Positions 61,179 to 63,521 of a stretch of DNA of 63,521 nt are shown here, piece by piece. Location of the stretch: assembly GCA_963751345.1 (NCBI GenBank), contig CAVVUS010000036.1:1-63521 (forward strand), in the 5' to 3' direction. Origin of the DNA: an uncultured Chloroflexia bacterium (lineage in GTDB: Bacteria; Chloroflexota; Anaerolineae; B4-G1; SLSP01). The notes under the pieces were generated by a model that was not told the DNA's origin, did not search any database, and worked only from the letters and a program-made list of their open reading frames with translations. The number at the start of each line of letters is the position of its first letter. Within the stretch, counting starts at the first letter, position 1. A program made the translations under genes and the position numbers.

Positions 61179-61877
61179 ATGGCGGGTGAGCGGGTGTTGG
61201 TTGTGGAGGATGAGCGGGCCGTCGCGCGTGGGCTCGAGTACGGCCTGGCCAGCGAGGGGTTTTCGGTGCTCTTGGCCGCTACGGGCGAGCAGGCCCTCCG
61301 GCTTGCCAAGGATGCGGATCCCCACGTCATCCTCCTGGACATCAGGCTGCCCGGCATCAGCGGTTTCGACGTCTGTCGGGAGCTGCGTGCCAGTGGTTCG
61401 CGGGTGCCCATCCTGATGTTGACGGCGCGCGACGAGCCGGCCGACAAGGTGTTGGGCCTCGAGCTCGGCGCCGATGACTACGTGGTTAAACCCTACGATC
61501 TCAGAGAGCTGGTCTCCCGCATCCACGCGTTGCTGCGGCGGACGTACGGTGCACTTGCTGCGCCCACTGCCGACCGATTGACGTTTGGCGACATCGAGTT
61601 GGATACGGCCCGCTGGGTCGTTCTGCGGCGCGGTGAGCCCGTGGAGGTCACGCCGACGGAGTTCCGGCTGCTGGCTTATCTGGCGGCCCACGCGGGTCGA
61701 CCGGTGACTCGAGAGACACTGATCGAGGCTGTGTGGGGTTACGACAGTGACATCGCCAACCCCAGGACCATGGATGTCCATGTGCGCCATCTGCGTGAGA
61801 AGCTGGAGGATGATCCGGCGAACCCCGCCTGGCTTCAGACGGTGCGTGGCATCGGGTACAGGCTGGCCGTTCGTTAA
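61179..61877 (+). CDS. OmpR/PhoB family response regulator
   Basis: VVEDE, LLDIRLP, MLTARD, GADDYVVKP, TPTEFRLL, VHVRHLREKLE, TVRGIGY. Confidence 0.95.
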   Translation: MAGERVLVVEDERAVARGLEYGLASEGFSVLLAATGEQALRLAKDADPHVILLDIRLPGISGFDVCRELRASGSRVPILMLTARDEPADKVLGLELGADDYVVKPYDLRELVSRIHALLRRTYGALAAPTADRLTFGDIELDTARWVVLRRGEPVEVTPTEFRLLAYLAAHAGRPVTRETLIEAVWGYDSDIANPRTMDVHVRHLREKLEDDPANPAWLQTVRGIGYRLAVR

Positions 61878-61972
61878 GAAACCTTAATGTCGCCGTAAAG
61901 ACAGCGCAACACTCCTCTGGTAACATGGTCGCGTATCGGTTTATCCTACCCCCTGTAGAGGAGATCAAGCGA

Positions 61973-62632
61973 ATGTCTCGACACGTTACCACTATTGTGC
62001 TATTGGTGCTGGGTTTCACTATCACCGCGGCCCTGGGTGTGGCGGTGGGCGGCGGCACCGTTTACCTGTTGCTGCGTGATCGGGGGCGAGTGCCCCTCAT
62101 CGCCCGCAGTCTCAAGTCACGTCTTCCGGACTTTCGCACAGGCCCTCGTGCCATGCCGTCCGGCACTGTGTCGAACCAGGAAGGTGCGCTCGTCGTCTTC
62201 GTTGAGGATGGTAGCCCAGCTGCCGCCGGCGACCTGTCGACGGGTGATGTGCTCACGGCGGTCGATGGTCAAGTCGTAGCGAGTGCTTCCGATCTGGTTG
62301 ACGCGATTGGCGCCCACCGGCCCGGTGATGAAGTGGTGCTTTCGGTAACCCCCGCCGGTGGCACGGCAAGCAAGGAGATCCGGGTGACTCTGGGTGCGAA
62401 AGCCGACGATGACACTGCTGCCTATCTGGGTGTCAGAGTCTCGGATGCGTTCTCGTTGTCGATCTGCGATCCATCGGGCGAGTGCCATTCCGTGGCGCCC
62501 AATCTACCCCGTATGCCGATGAATCCGCAGGACGGCTCGGGTTTCCAGTTTCACATCAGGCCGCCTCAGCAGGGCGATGCGCCGCAGAACGTGCCGCAAC
62601 CTTCGGCTCCGAATCTCGACGACACGCTGTAA
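61973..62632 (+). CDS. Membrane-anchored PDZ domain protein
   Basis: N-terminal TM, then GALVV..EDGSPAAAGDLSTGDVLTAVDG PDZ motif. Confidence 0.8.
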   Translation: MSRHVTTIVLLVLGFTITAALGVAVGGGTVYLLLRDRGRVPLIARSLKSRLPDFRTGPRAMPSGTVSNQEGALVVFVEDGSPAAAGDLSTGDVLTAVDGQVVASASDLVDAIGAHRPGDEVVLSVTPAGGTASKEIRVTLGAKADDDTAAYLGVRVSDAFSLSICDPSGECHSVAPNLPRMPMNPQDGSGFQFHIRPPQQGDAPQNVPQPSAPNLDDTL

Positions 62633-62665
62633 GGCCGGCCTCGGATTCGCCTGGAAGGGGGCATA

Positions 62666-63521
62666 GTGCACTCTATTCAATGGCGACTTGTAATCAGCTA
62701 TGCGGTGCTTGCGCTTCTGACGGTGAGTGCCATGGGGGTTGATTGCCACGTCTCTCGTCGAACGCTATGTCGAGCACCAGGCGATAGCCGAGATGTCGCA
62801 GAACGCAGAGGCACTGGCCCGTCGGGTGTTGCCACAGATCGTGCCCGAGGTACAGCAAGATGCGCTGCGTGGGTTGGTCAGAACGTCGTCGTTCCTGGGT
62901 GACGCGCGCGTGCGCGTCCTTGATGTACAAGGCCACGTTTTGGCGGACTCCAGCGACGGGGAGGGCAGCTTCATTCTGAGCTCCGTGGGCTTGCCTGGCG
63001 AGGCTGGAATCTCTCCGCTTTTCCCTGTCCTGATCCGGCGGGCTGCGCCTGTGGGAGCTGGAATGCAGTTGCAGTGGGAGCACCTCTTCGCAGTTGGTCG
63101 CGACATCTACATCCGATGGGGCGTGGAGAGCCCGGCAGCACGGCTGGATTCGCTGCCGCCAGATCCTGATGCTATTTCCGCACGCAGCGTCGGGCACGGT
63201 CGCGAACGTTGAGGTCGGCGCGCCGGCGCTGATTGCCGCACGGCCCGTGCGCCAGGGCGAGCGTGCCGTGGGCTACGTCGAGCTCAGCCGGCGTGCAGAC
63301 TTCGCCACGAATGCCGTGCGAACGACACGCCAGGCCGTCCTGCTGGCAGGGGCAGGGGCGCTCGCTGTCGCCGCTGCACTGGGTGTTGTGGTGAGCCGGG
63401 GCTTGTCGGCGCCGCTGAGTGAGCTCGGTGCCGCGGCCCAGCAGATGGGCGACGGGAATCTGACAGTTCGCGCGCCCGTCCACGGCTCGGGCGAGATCGG
63501 CCAACTGGCAACCCAGTTCAA
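62666..63521 (+). CDS. Sensor histidine kinase (HAMP), runs off the right edge, frameshifted
   Basis: SIQWRLVISY TM1, second TM, then SRGLSAPLSEL...MGDGNLTVR...EIGQLATQF HAMP motif. Confidence 0.8.

Overview
High-GC bacterial chromosomal window, most likely Chloroflexota (Anaerolineae-like). This is an inference from the bacterial archaellin-type gene, heptamer palindromic repeats, MalT/BTAD regulator and LPxTG-like sorting signal. It holds about 60 genes. Many are split by 1-nt frameshifts in a pattern typical of long-read assembly error, so several CDS coordinates are reconstructions. Main content: an archaellin-like gene at the left edge; pfkA; sugar catabolic dehydrogenases and an isomerase; acr3; an S9 peptidase; a ppa/KimA-like/CorC-like ion homeostasis cluster; rmlA; a LacI-controlled carbohydrate ABC importer; a nitrosative-stress island (Crp/Fnr regulator, octaheme HAO-like cytochrome, ferredoxin, hcp, flavodiiron protein, DUF438/PAS protein); and a two-component system at the right edge. 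No rRNA, tRNA, CRISPR array, transposase or integrase was recognised. There are two best candidates for undescribed biology. (1) 41118-45475: a giant AAA-TPR-BTAD regulator followed by SARP-like direct repeats, a 57-aa secreted precursor ending in CPSTGGGGCTGG, an NHLP-leader-like 80-aa protein and a STAS-like protein, which looks like a peptide-signalling circuit. (2) 6587-7250: a near-consensus sigma70 promoter driving about 630 nt of apparently non-coding, heavily stem-looped, CU-rich sequence, a candidate large structured ncRNA.
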